From an uncultured cyanobacterium (lineage in GTDB: Bacteria > Cyanobacteriota > Cyanobacteriia > PCC-6307 > Cyanobiaceae): a stretch of DNA of 64,000 nucleotides. Both the position numbers and the translations under genes were made by a program. Positions 38,562 through 47,356 of the stretch are shown here, one piece after another. Each line of letters opens with the position of its first letter. Position 1 is the first letter of the stretch. The stretch spans positions 1 to 64,000 of the forward strand of contig CAVONQ010000016.1 of assembly GCA_963697335.1 (NCBI GenBank), given 5' to 3'. Below the pieces are notes generated by a model, which was not told the DNA's origin, did not search any database, and worked only from the letters and a program-made list of their open reading frames with translations.

Positions 38562-39727
38562 GCCACCGCCGCCAGGGCTGCTCCCAGTTCGGGGAAGGCC
38601 CGCATCACCATGTGCACCAGCCGTTCGGGTGGGCAGGCCAGGGCATCGGTGACCGGAATGTGCAGATCGGCCTCGTACAGAGCGATGGCGGCGGGGATTT
38701 CGGCAACGTCCATGCCCTCGTGATTGAGGGTCATGCCGATCACGCGGGTGGGGGCGAAGGCCTCGATCAGGTCGATCTCGCTCTGGGGGGTGGGCATGGC
38801 CACCTGGGGGAAATCGCAGCGATGGCGCCGCATCGGTGCGTGCTGCAGGATCACGGCCTGGGGCTGGCTGCCCCGCAGGATGAACGTGGAGGAGAGGTAG
38901 GCGGGATGGCTGAGGGCGCCCTGACCCTCGATCACGATCACCTGGGGATGTTCGGTTTCGTAGGCCTGCACCACGGCCGCCTCCACCTCGCCGGAGCAGA
39001 ACTGGGAGGGGATGGCATCGAGCGGCAGCCCGTAACTGCCGCCCTGAATCATGCCGGTCTGGCCCGTGGACACCAGCACCGCAGGGATGCCGTGATCGTT
39101 GAGAGCCTGCACCAACACGGTGGCGGTGGTGCGCTTGCCGATGGCGCCGTCAGTGCCGAGCACGGCGATGCGCCGGCAGTGGGCCCGGGCGATCGCGCCG
39201 CTGAACAGGCGCAGATCCTTGAGGGCCGGCGGCCGCCGCACGTCCTCGATCGTCGCCTGGTGGCGCTTGGCGGTGGTGGCGAACTCGGCGTCATCGCCGA
39301 GGAACTCGCGCATGCCGCTCACCAGGCTGAGGCCGGCGCGCAGCGCGCCCAGCAGCACGAGTCGGTCGGCCGGGCTGAACAGGCCATCGGCGGGGGCCAT
39401 GCCATAGATCAGGGTCTGCGGGGGCGCCCCGCCGAGGGCACAGGCGTCCGCCAGGTCCGCCACCACGGGCACGCCATTGGCCACCCCATCGAGCAGCAGG
39501 CCTGCATCGCGGCCGGCGAGCAGGCTGTCGATCACCGCCACGATCCGGTAGCGCTCGCTGTGCCGCATCAGGCCGTGGGCCGTCTTGCCGTCGGCGACGC
39601 CGAACTGCCCCTCGCAGTAGATCACCGCTGGGATGGCGGCGGCAGGGGAGGCTGAAGCGAAGACCCTGGGGGCCGATGGGGCGTCCTGCACCATCGGTCG
39701 ACCCAGGGCCCTGAAAGGGGAGACCAC
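38558..39727 (-). CDS. DUF1611 domain P-loop protein
   Basis: GKTAHGL.R.S, GTDGAIGKRTT, TGQTG, IEGQGAL.HPAY; start uncertain; stop overlaps the racemase start. Confidence 0.9.
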   Translation of the reverse strand: MVSPFRALGRPMVQDAPSAPRVFASASPAAAIPAVIYCEGQFGVADGKTAHGLMRHSERYRIVAVIDSLLAGRDAGLLLDGVANGVPVVADLADACALGGAPPQTLIYGMAPADGLFSPADRLVLLGALRAGLSLVSGMREFLGDDAEFATTAKRHQATIEDVRRPPALKDLRLFSGAIARAHCRRIAVLGTDGAIGKRTTATVLVQALNDHGIPAVLVSTGQTGMIQGGSYGLPLDAIPSQFCSGEVEAAVVQAYETEHPQVIVIEGQGALSHPAYLSSTFILRGSQPQAVILQHAPMRRHRCDFPQVAMPTPQSEIDLIEAFAPTRVIGMTLNHEGMDVAEIPAAIALYEADLHIPVTDALACPPERLVHMVMRAFPELGAALAAVA

Positions 39728-39890
39728 GGATGTTGATTCGGTTCTGAAGACTCAGGGAGACGACCGAATGGTCTGCCGATCGCCAGAACCGGGCAGGGAT
39801 ACCAGTGGCCCCGCCAAGCGGGAGTGTATCTCTCGATACTAACTGTCCTTTGTGGCCGCTGTGGCCTCGTTCCCCCTGGCTGCCTGCTAG

Positions 39891-40493
39891 TCAGCCTTGC
39901 AGCATCGGCAGCACCAAGGAGCGCATCACCTCCACCAGCTCCCAGAGCACAAAGGCCCACACAAACCACATGGCATCGCCGATGCCGCGCAGCACCTTGG
40001 TGGTGTCCACCTCAAGTGTCCTGGGGGAGTGATAGAGCTTGAAGCTGGGAATCCAGCGGGGCACCTGGCTCAGGTAGGCGCTGTAGTTCTTGCCGAACGT
40101 CGAGAGCAGAAAACGCTCTTCTCCGCTGATCACGAAGTGGTAGTAGCCGATGAAGCCCAGCCCCAGAACAACGGCCAACAGAGGGTTTTCCACGGCCAGT
40201 CCGAAACCCACGGCCCCCAGCAGGCTGAACACGTAGAGAGGGTTGCGGACGATGGAGTAGGGGCCATCCCGCACCACCTGTTCATTCTTGCGGCCGGCCA
40301 CGAACAGCAGACACCAGAGCCTGCCGAAGGCGGCCGTGGCCAGCAGCATCAAGCCCACCACTTCGCCCAGTTCGAGCGCCCAGGCGGGCAGCAGCGGCGG
40401 CGGGGCCGCCACCAGCAGGTACACCACCACCAGGGCGGCCACCACCCTGCTCCAGACCATGCGATGGACGGTGGAAAAGGCCTGGTTCGCCAT
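39891..40493 (-). CDS. Isoprenylcysteine carboxyl methyltransferase (ICMT/PEMT) family membrane protein
   Basis: GRK...VV.DGPYSIVRNPLY, EERFL...FG..Y..Y...VPRW. Confidence 0.85.
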   Translation of the reverse strand: MANQAFSTVHRMVWSRVVAALVVVYLLVAAPPPLLPAWALELGEVVGLMLLATAAFGRLWCLLFVAGRKNEQVVRDGPYSIVRNPLYVFSLLGAVGFGLAVENPLLAVVLGLGFIGYYHFVISGEERFLLSTFGKNYSAYLSQVPRWIPSFKLYHSPRTLEVDTTKVLRGIGDAMWFVWAFVLWELVEVMRSLVLPMLQG

Positions 40494-40629
40494 CAGCAGC
40501 CGGGACTGACAAAGCCCTAGACGGTAAGCCTGGCTCCTCAGGCCTGCCCCCAGTCCGGGCCGCCCGTGGGCGTGGAGCATCCAGCCATGGGGCTGAGCGG
40601 TAGTTGTTCTGATCTCTGCCGATCTCCCT

Positions 40630-41124
40630 GTGTCCCTCTCCCCCCGTCCGGCTCTGTTGCTCACCCTCGCCCTGGCACTGGGTGGAGCGGGCTGTGCCAC
40701 CGCTTCCCAGAAGGAGGCCGCCGCTCCCGAGGCTGCCCCTGTGGTGGCCATGGCGGAGAAGCCCGCCAAGCCGCTCCACAGCGGATCGTTCCGCGAGGCG
40801 GAAAAGCCGGTGGAGGGCAGTTTCACCATCCGCCGGGAGGGCCAGCGCACCCTGCTGATGCTCAGCGAGGACTTCAGCACCAGCCGCACGGCGCCCGACC
40901 TCAAGGTCACCTTCGGCCGAGCCGCCAACCCGCTCTCAAACAGCAAGCCCCCGGCCTACCCGCTCCAGGAGGGCACCTACACCGTGATCGCGCCCCTGCG
41001 GGCCGTCTCTGGAGCCCAGACCTATGAGCTCCCGGCCGGCTTCGATCTGGCTGACTACGGCTCGCTGATCATCTGGTGCGAACAGTTCAACGCCACCATG
41101 GCCTGGTCCCCCCTGAACCAGTAA
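40630..41124 (+). CDS. DM13 domain lipoprotein
   Basis: Lipobox-like GAGC, APDLKV, GAQTY.LP, IIWCEQFNAT. Confidence 0.85.
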   Translation: MSLSPRPALLLTLALALGGAGCATASQKEAAAPEAAPVVAMAEKPAKPLHSGSFREAEKPVEGSFTIRREGQRTLLMLSEDFSTSRTAPDLKVTFGRAANPLSNSKPPAYPLQEGTYTVIAPLRAVSGAQTYELPAGFDLADYGSLIIWCEQFNATMAWSPLNQ

Positions 41125-41141
41125 AGGGCCGCCCGTGGGCC

Positions 41142-42041
41142 TCAGGTCACTGCCAGCGGGCAGGGCCGGGTGCGATCAAAGGCCGACCAGTCGATGCGGT
41201 GCAGGTCGCCCCCGTTCTCCACCTGCTCCACCTCCACCATGTCGATGAAGCAGAGGCCGAGGCCGATCCGGCTCATGGGCCAGCTGCAGCGGCTGTGAAT
41301 CGGCCGTTCGATCGTCTCGTCAACGCCGCTGAAGGCCACCACCAGTTCGGCGTGGCGATCGGCCAGCTCCGCCTGGGTGAGTCCGTGCAGGGGGCTGCTG
41401 GCATCGATGCGGTGCTGGGCCGTCCAGACGAGCAGGAAGGCGATGCCCTGGTCGCGCTCCAGGGGCAACGGCAGCAGCCGCCGCATCCGGTGGCCTTCCT
41501 GGCTGATCTCATCCACCGAGATGTAGGCCCGCACCCGCGCCTCGAGGATGTTGTTGCCGCGCTCGTTGGCCAGGCGGAAGCTGAGGGTGGGGAGGCCGTT
41601 GTAGAGGTGCACCACGGCCAGCTTGGAAAAGCGGATGCGGGCGGTGCTGCGGGAGAAGCGGGCAAACACCAGGCCGGTGCTGAGGGCGATGAACAGCACG
41701 CCGCTGAACGATTCCGCCACCACCAGCAGGTTCACGTACAGGCTCAGCGGATGGAGGGCGCCGTAGCCGATCGAGCCCAGCGTCTGCACACTGAAGAAGA
41801 AGGCCTCCGCAAAGCTGGTGCGGCCCGCGGTCGTGCCCGCCAGGCCGGCCGGGTCGGCGAGGTAGAGGCTGGCGAACAGCAGGTTGATCGCCAGGTACAC
41901 CAGCGCCAGCAGGCCCAGAAACAGGGGCCAGTTGAGGGAGAGGGCCAGCAGGTAGGGCTCGCGCCAGTGGCGCCACCAGCGCTGGCTCTCCTGGGCTGTG
42001 AGCAGGCCGTGCTGGCGCCGCAGGTGTTGGACCCTGGCCAT
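41142..42041 (-). CDS. KirBac-type inward rectifier potassium channel
   Basis: AFFFSVQTLGSIGYG, GLVFARFS, FRLANERGN.I.EA, HRID..SPL. Confidence 0.9.
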   Translation of the reverse strand: MARVQHLRRQHGLLTAQESQRWWRHWREPYLLALSLNWPLFLGLLALVYLAINLLFASLYLADPAGLAGTTAGRTSFAEAFFFSVQTLGSIGYGALHPLSLYVNLLVVAESFSGVLFIALSTGLVFARFSRSTARIRFSKLAVVHLYNGLPTLSFRLANERGNNILEARVRAYISVDEISQEGHRMRRLLPLPLERDQGIAFLLVWTAQHRIDASSPLHGLTQAELADRHAELVVAFSGVDETIERPIHSRCSWPMSRIGLGLCFIDMVEVEQVENGGDLHRIDWSAFDRTRPCPLAVT

Positions 42042-42117
42042 CGGTGGCGCTGCCCTGGGGAGCCGGCTGGAGCCCATCGTTAGCATCCCTGCCTTTGGGC
42101 CGCCAGCGGCCGCAGCC

Positions 42118-42948
42118 ATGGGCACCCAGTGGCAGAACTTTCTGCAGAACCTCGGCGAGTGGCACGGCAGCTTCGCCGACCTCGACGCCCACGGGGTGCT
42201 GCTGCGTTCCACCCCTTCAATCCTGAGCCTCGAGAGCCATGAGGGGGGGGCCTGCGTGCAGTTCCGCCTGCGCCGCTTCAGCAACGGCGACCCCAGCACC
42301 CCCCCCAGCTCCGACCACCAGCAGGAGTACCGCTCCCTGGGCAAGCAGGTGACCTTCTTCGACAACGGCAGCTTTTCGAAGGGCTCGCTGCAGATCGCCC
42401 CGGCGACCCGCTCCGGCGCCGAGTTCGGCTTTGTGGGCCAGGACCGGCGCTGGCGGCTGGTGCAGCTGCACGGCGAGTCCGGGGCCTTCGAGTCGCTGGT
42501 GCTGATCCGTGAAACCCGCGCCGGCAGCGCTGCCGGCGAGCTCCCGCCCCTCAGCCCGGAGCACCTGCTCGGCACCTGGCAGGGTCAGGCCGCCACCGTG
42601 GAGGCCGACTGGCCGGTGCCCAGCACCGCGGCCTGCACCACCCGCATCGAGCCTCTGCCGGGCGATGGCCTGCGCATCAGCACCGATCTCGGCGGCGAGC
42701 TGGGCAGCCTGGAAGGCACCCTGCAGGGCAGCGTGCTGGCCATCGAGGCGCCGCTGCCGCAGCGCCTCCATCTCCTCCCCGATGGCGGCTTCAGCCGGGT
42801 GCCGCTGCAGGTGAGCCATCGTCAGGCCTTTGAGGTCGAGGCTGGCTGGCTTTCGTCCCCCACGGAGCGCCAGCGCCTCATCCGCCGCTACGACGCCCGC
42901 GGGGCCTGGGTCTCCTCCACCCACCTGGTTGAAACCAAGCTGAGCTAG
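42118..42948 (+). CDS. DUF3598 family protein
   Basis: QWQNFLQNLGEWHGSF, GSFSKGS.Q, LIRE, LLGTWQG. Confidence 0.85.
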   Translation: MGTQWQNFLQNLGEWHGSFADLDAHGVLLRSTPSILSLESHEGGACVQFRLRRFSNGDPSTPPSSDHQQEYRSLGKQVTFFDNGSFSKGSLQIAPATRSGAEFGFVGQDRRWRLVQLHGESGAFESLVLIRETRAGSAAGELPPLSPEHLLGTWQGQAATVEADWPVPSTAACTTRIEPLPGDGLRISTDLGGELGSLEGTLQGSVLAIEAPLPQRLHLLPDGGFSRVPLQVSHRQAFEVEAGWLSSPTERQRLIRRYDARGAWVSSTHLVETKLS

Positions 42949-42966
42949 CGCCGGCGTTCCCCGGAG

Positions 42967-43296
42967 CTAGCCGCCAGCCTGCTTGGGCCGGTAGCCGGCC
43001 GCCGCCAGGGCCGTCAGGGCGGTGGCCACCTGGTCGCCCTGCAGTTCGATCACGCCGGCTTTGGCGCTGCCGCCCGTGCCCGCGGCAGCCTTGAGCTGCT
43101 TCAGCAGGGCCTTGAGTTCGGCCTCCGGCGCCTCCAGCCCGCTGATGGCGGTCACCAGCTTGCCGCCCTTGCCGGCCTTGGTGCGCTGCACCCGCACCCG
43201 CTGCTGGGCCCTGGGGGTGGGGGCCGCCGCCGGTCGCTCCAGGCTGGCCGGCCGCTCGAGGCTCTCGAACTCCTGCCAGCTGCCCTTGCTGCCCAT
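42967..43296 (-). CDS. SUI1/YciH translation initiation factor
   Basis: [13 protein letters not shown]...GTGG, IELQGD. Confidence 0.88.
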   Translation of the reverse strand: MGSKGSWQEFESLERPASLERPAAAPTPRAQQRVRVQRTKAGKGGKLVTAISGLEAPEAELKALLKQLKAAAGTGGSAKAGVIELQGDQVATALTALAAAGYRPKQAGG

Positions 43297-43425
43297 CGCC
43301 TCCTCCCGCTGGATCCCTGCAGTCCGGCCCTGCAGCCGGTATCTTCCATCCTCCCGCAGCCGGCGCTGGTTCGGTCTGCCTGTCTGCCTACGCTGGGGTC
43401 ACCGATTCGTTCCGGTGGCCCCAGC

Positions 43426-44679
43426 GTGACCAGCACCGTCCCTCCAGCCCTGGCCTCCTCCCTGGTGCCCGCCGTGCGTCCCGACCCGGCGGGCCGCTTC
43501 GGCCGCTTCGGCGGCCAGTACGTGCCGGAAACCCTGATGCCGGCCCTGGCGGAGCTGGAGGCCGCCGCGGCCGAGGCCTGGGCCGACCCTGCCTTCACCG
43601 GCCGGCTCAACCACCTGCTGCGCACCTACGTGGGCCGGCCGACACCGCTGTACGAGGCCGAGCGTCTCACCGCCCACTACGCCCGACCGGAGGGCGGTCC
43701 GCGCCTGTGGCTGAAGCGCGAGGACCTCAACCACACCGGTGCCCACAAGATCAACAACGCCCTTGGCCAGGCCCTGCTGGCCCTGCGCATGGGCAAGCAG
43801 CGGGTGATCGCCGAGACCGGCGCCGGCCAGCACGGCGTGGCCACCGCCACGGTGTGCGCCCGCTTCGGTCTCGAGTGTGTGGTGTACATGGGCGCCGAGG
43901 ACATGCGCCGCCAGGCCCTCAACGTGTTCCGCATGCGCCTGCTGGGGGCCACGGTGCAGCCGGTCACCGCCGGCAGCGCCACCCTCAAGGACGCCACCAG
44001 TGAGGCCATCCGCGACTGGGTGACCAACGTGGAGACCACCCACTACATCCTCGGCTCGGTGGCTGGCCCCCATCCCTACCCGATGCTGGTGCGCGACTTC
44101 CACGCCTGCATCGGCAAGGAGGCCAAGGCCCAGTGCCAGGAGGCCTTCGGGCGCCTGCCCGACGTGCTGGTGGCCTGCGTGGGCGGCGGCTCGAATGCCA
44201 TGGGCCTGTTCCATCCCTTCGTGCAGGACACCGCCGTGCGCCTGATCGGCGTGGAGGCGGCTGGCGAGGGGGTGGCCAGCGGCCGCCATGCCGCCACCAT
44301 CACCGAGGGCCGCATCGGCGTGCTGCACGGCGCCATGAGCCTGCTGCTCCAGGACGCCGAGGGCCAGGTGCAGGAGGCCCACTCGATCAGCGCCGGTCTC
44401 GACTACCCCGGCGTCGGCCCCGAGCACAGCTACCTGCGTGAGATCGGCCGGGCCGAATACCTGGCCGTCACCGACGACGACGCCCTCACGGCCCTGCGGC
44501 TGGTGAGCGAGCTGGAGGGGATCATCCCGGCCCTGGAAACCGCCCACGCCTTCGCGGCCCTCGACGCCCTCTGCCCCACCCTGGCCCCCGGCACCGAGGT
44601 GGTGCTCAACCTCTCCGGCCGCGGCGACAAGGATGTGAACACCGTGGCCGACCGGCTGGGCGATCAGCTGCGGGGCTGA
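43426..44679 (+). CDS. trpB: Tryptophan synthase beta chain
   Basis: [43 protein letters not shown]. Confidence 0.98.
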   Translation: MTSTVPPALASSLVPAVRPDPAGRFGRFGGQYVPETLMPALAELEAAAAEAWADPAFTGRLNHLLRTYVGRPTPLYEAERLTAHYARPEGGPRLWLKREDLNHTGAHKINNALGQALLALRMGKQRVIAETGAGQHGVATATVCARFGLECVVYMGAEDMRRQALNVFRMRLLGATVQPVTAGSATLKDATSEAIRDWVTNVETTHYILGSVAGPHPYPMLVRDFHACIGKEAKAQCQEAFGRLPDVLVACVGGGSNAMGLFHPFVQDTAVRLIGVEAAGEGVASGRHAATITEGRIGVLHGAMSLLLQDAEGQVQEAHSISAGLDYPGVGPEHSYLREIGRAEYLAVTDDDALTALRLVSELEGIIPALETAHAFAALDALCPTLAPGTEVVLNLSGRGDKDVNTVADRLGDQLRG

Positions 44680-44692
44680 GCCCGCTGGGCGG

Positions 44693-45670
44693 CTACAGCG
44701 GCTGTTCTTCCCAGGCGAAGCGTGGCAGCCGCTGCAGGCCCTCCTGCATGCAGCCGGCCCACACCTCCATGGAGCGGCTGATCTCGGGGGCTCCCTTCTT
44801 GAGCTTGATGCGCCGCGAGATGCGCAGCTCGTTGGCGGGCATCAGCGCCAGCTCGAAGGGCGGGCCCACGGAGAGATTGGAGCGGCGCGTGATCACCTGG
44901 GAGATCAGGCAGAGCCGGGCGGCGTCCTCGAGGGAGAGGCCGCAGTGGCCCACGAAGTCGAGGGGCGGCTTGCCGTATTTGCTCTCCCCGATCTGCAGGA
45001 ACGGCGTTTCGCGGGTGGCCATCACCGCATTGCCCTGGGGGTAGATCAGATAGAGGCCATGGCGGTCCCCCTCGATCTGGCCTCCCAGGATGAAGGTGGC
45101 CTCGGCGCTGGCGCCTGATCGGTGCAGGGACGCCTTATGGCGGTCCTGCACCGCCACGCTGGTGCGCCCCACGTAGTCGGCCGCCTCGAAGAGATACCGG
45201 GCGGTGAGCAGATTGGGGCCTTCGCAGCGTGGCGGCGGCGGACTCTCCTTGTGCTCCAGGCTGGGCGCTTCGCAGCGCAGTGCTGCGGAATCCACCGGCT
45301 GGCCGGCCTCCTGCACCTTCGCCGTGGGCAGGCCCTGGCTGGCGGTGTCCAGTCCGGCGAACACCCTGGTCTGCAGAGGCGGATCGCCCGCTTCGCCGCT
45401 GAGCCCCGGTCCGCTGCCCACGGGCATCCCCGTCTGGGTGGCACCGATCGGCCCCACGCCCTGCTCCCTCAGCTCCCGCTGAATCTGGTTCAGCACCGCC
45501 TGGGTGGTGGCCAGGTTGCCGGCGGCCAGCAGCACGAACAGCCGGTCCGGCGAAGGCTGGAACACGTGCATCTTGCTGTAGGTCGAGATGTAATCGACCC
45601 CCGCATTGGTGCGGCAGTCCGAGGCGAACACCAGCCCGGAATCCAGCAGAAAGGCGACGCAATAGGTCAT
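44693..45670 (-). CDS. Anbu proteasome-type protease with an ~80-aa internal insertion
   Basis: (M)TYCV...SDCRTNAGVD, AGNLATTQAV, ILGGQI, YPQGN, QIGESKYGKP, SNLSVGPP. Confidence 0.9.
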   Translation of the reverse strand: MTYCVAFLLDSGLVFASDCRTNAGVDYISTYSKMHVFQPSPDRLFVLLAAGNLATTQAVLNQIQRELREQGVGPIGATQTGMPVGSGPGLSGEAGDPPLQTRVFAGLDTASQGLPTAKVQEAGQPVDSAALRCEAPSLEHKESPPPPRCEGPNLLTARYLFEAADYVGRTSVAVQDRHKASLHRSGASAEATFILGGQIEGDRHGLYLIYPQGNAVMATRETPFLQIGESKYGKPPLDFVGHCGLSLEDAARLCLISQVITRRSNLSVGPPFELALMPANELRISRRIKLKKGAPEISRSMEVWAGCMQEGLQRLPRFAWEEQPL

Positions 45671-45832
45671 GCCCGCACCCCGGGCGGGTGGGCGGAAGCC
45701 TCAACGCTCTGCCGGTGTGGGGTCTGCCGGTGTGCGGTCTGGCCTGCGGCAGGGACGGGGTCCATGGAATCGGGCGCTGGGGGTGAGGGGCTCAGCTGCT
45801 GCTCCTCTACAGCTTGGCAGCCCGCAAGCCGT

Positions 45833-46822
45833 TCAGCTCAGCAGCCGGGTCAGGGTGGCGGCCACGGACTGCACGGCGGCCCGGGCCGTGGCATAGGCCA
45901 TGCGCATCGGCCCCACCAGGGCCACATGGCCGCGGGCCCCGTCCAGGCTGCTGTAGGCGGACTGCACCACGGCGCAGGCCTTGAGGGCGCCATGGGGATG
46001 TTCCTGGCCGATCCAGATGGCGTCAGCCGGCGGACCCAGCACCTCGTGAGGGGTGGCCTCCACCAGCTGCAGCAGGGGCCGCAGGGAGGCGGTCTGGCTG
46101 AACTCGGGCTGGGCCAGCAGCCCCCCCATGCCGCTGGCCACGGCACTGGCGCCCGGCGCTGCCAGGGGCTGCTGTTGGTCGAGGGCCTGGCGGAGCAGGT
46201 GGCCGCTGCTGCGCAGCTCTTGGGGCAACTGCTGCCAGGGAATCGGCTGCTCGGGGTGGGCCCGCAGCTGCCGGTTGGTCCAGTCTTCCAGCCGCGCCAG
46301 CTCGGAGGTGGCCCTGGGCGGCAGGCGCAGGTTGAGGCTGCCGCCGGCCACCGACCCGCTCACCAGAAACACGATCAGCCGGTCGCCGCTGGCCACCAGC
46401 CTCAGCTCCTGCAGCCGCTGCTGAGTCTTCATCGGGCGGGTGATCAGGCTCAGCAGCCCGGTGAGGTCCGCCAGGCGCCGTCCGAGATGCACCAGCAGAT
46501 CGTCGAGGGCTGTCCAGTGCAGGCTGAGGCCGGCGAGTTCCCGGTCCAGCTGCTGGGCCGCGGCCCCCGGCGCCGGCAGCAACCTGTCCACATACTCTCT
46601 GTAACCCAGCTGGCTGGGGATGCGGCCCGCCGAGGTGTGGGGCTGGGTCAGCAGGCCCCGCTGCTCCAGCACCCCCATGGCCGAGCGCACCGTGGCGGAG
46701 CTGGCCGGCAGGGCGAAGCGGCGCACCAGGGTCTGGCTGCCCACCGGTTCCACGGTGTCCACGTAGTGGCGCACGGCCAGGCGCAGCACCTCCTGCTGTC
46801 GGGGAGAGAGGTTCTGCGCCAA
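45833..46822 (-). CDS. hrcA: Heat-inducible transcription repressor
   Basis: RQQEVL...V.HYV.T.EPVGS, SSATVRSAM..LE..GLL.QPHTSAGRIPS..GYR.YVD, GPMRMAY. Confidence 0.93.
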   Translation of the reverse strand: MAQNLSPRQQEVLRLAVRHYVDTVEPVGSQTLVRRFALPASSATVRSAMGVLEQRGLLTQPHTSAGRIPSQLGYREYVDRLLPAPGAAAQQLDRELAGLSLHWTALDDLLVHLGRRLADLTGLLSLITRPMKTQQRLQELRLVASGDRLIVFLVSGSVAGGSLNLRLPPRATSELARLEDWTNRQLRAHPEQPIPWQQLPQELRSSGHLLRQALDQQQPLAAPGASAVASGMGGLLAQPEFSQTASLRPLLQLVEATPHEVLGPPADAIWIGQEHPHGALKACAVVQSAYSSLDGARGHVALVGPMRMAYATARAAVQSVAATLTRLLS

Positions 46823-46891
46823 GACCAGCCCCCGATCCGGAGTGGCTGGATGGTAGGGAGGGCTGGCAAGGTTGCGCCGCTGCCGTGGGCG

Positions 46892-46961
46892 CTCGGTAAC
46901 GCAGGCCTGGGTAGCGCTCAGCAGCGCGGTGCTCAGTCGGGCAGAACTCAGTAGCGCGGTA
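46892..46961. repeat. Degenerate ~15-nt tandem repeat between the rhodanese gene and hrcA
   Basis: CTCAG at 46917, 46932 and 46947 (CTCAGCAGCGCGGTG / CTCAGTCGGGCAGAA / CTCAGTAGCGCGGTA); weaker units at 46892 and 46907. Confidence 0.55.
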
Positions 46962-47286
46962 TGGAGGGATCCACCTGGGTGCTCCAGGCATCGATGCCGC
47001 CCACCAGGTTCCACACCGCGCCATAGCCGTGTTCCTGCATCAGCCAGCAGCCGAACTGCCAGCTGCGCACCCCCGCGTGGCAGAGCACCGCCACCGGGGC
47101 GTCGCGCTGCAGTCGGGCGGGCAGCTCGCCCAGCCATTCCTGGGAGCGGCTGAGGGGCAGATGGATCACCGGCAGGGGCAGCCGAGCCAGCTCCAGCTCC
47201 TCGCTCTCGCGCACGTCCACCAGCTGGATGGCCTCCCCGGCGGCCAGGCGCTGCTGCAGGTCGCGGGCCTTGATGCTGATCGGCAT
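46948..47286 (-). CDS. Rhodanese-like domain protein
   Basis: LVDVRE..E, LCHAGVRS, NLVGGIDAWS..VDP.IPRY. Confidence 0.9.
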   Translation of the reverse strand: MPISIKARDLQQRLAAGEAIQLVDVRESEELELARLPLPVIHLPLSRSQEWLGELPARLQRDAPVAVLCHAGVRSWQFGCWLMQEHGYGAVWNLVGGIDAWSTQVDPSIPRY

Positions 47287-47356
47287 GTCCACGGGCTGGC
47301 GTTCGGTGCAGGATGGGCGCATCCTGCTGCGTCTGCATGACGGCCTGCCTGCGCGC

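Noticed and set aside
46823..46947. CIRCE element upstream of hrcA
   Set aside because: No TTAGCACTC-N9-GAGTGCTAA match.
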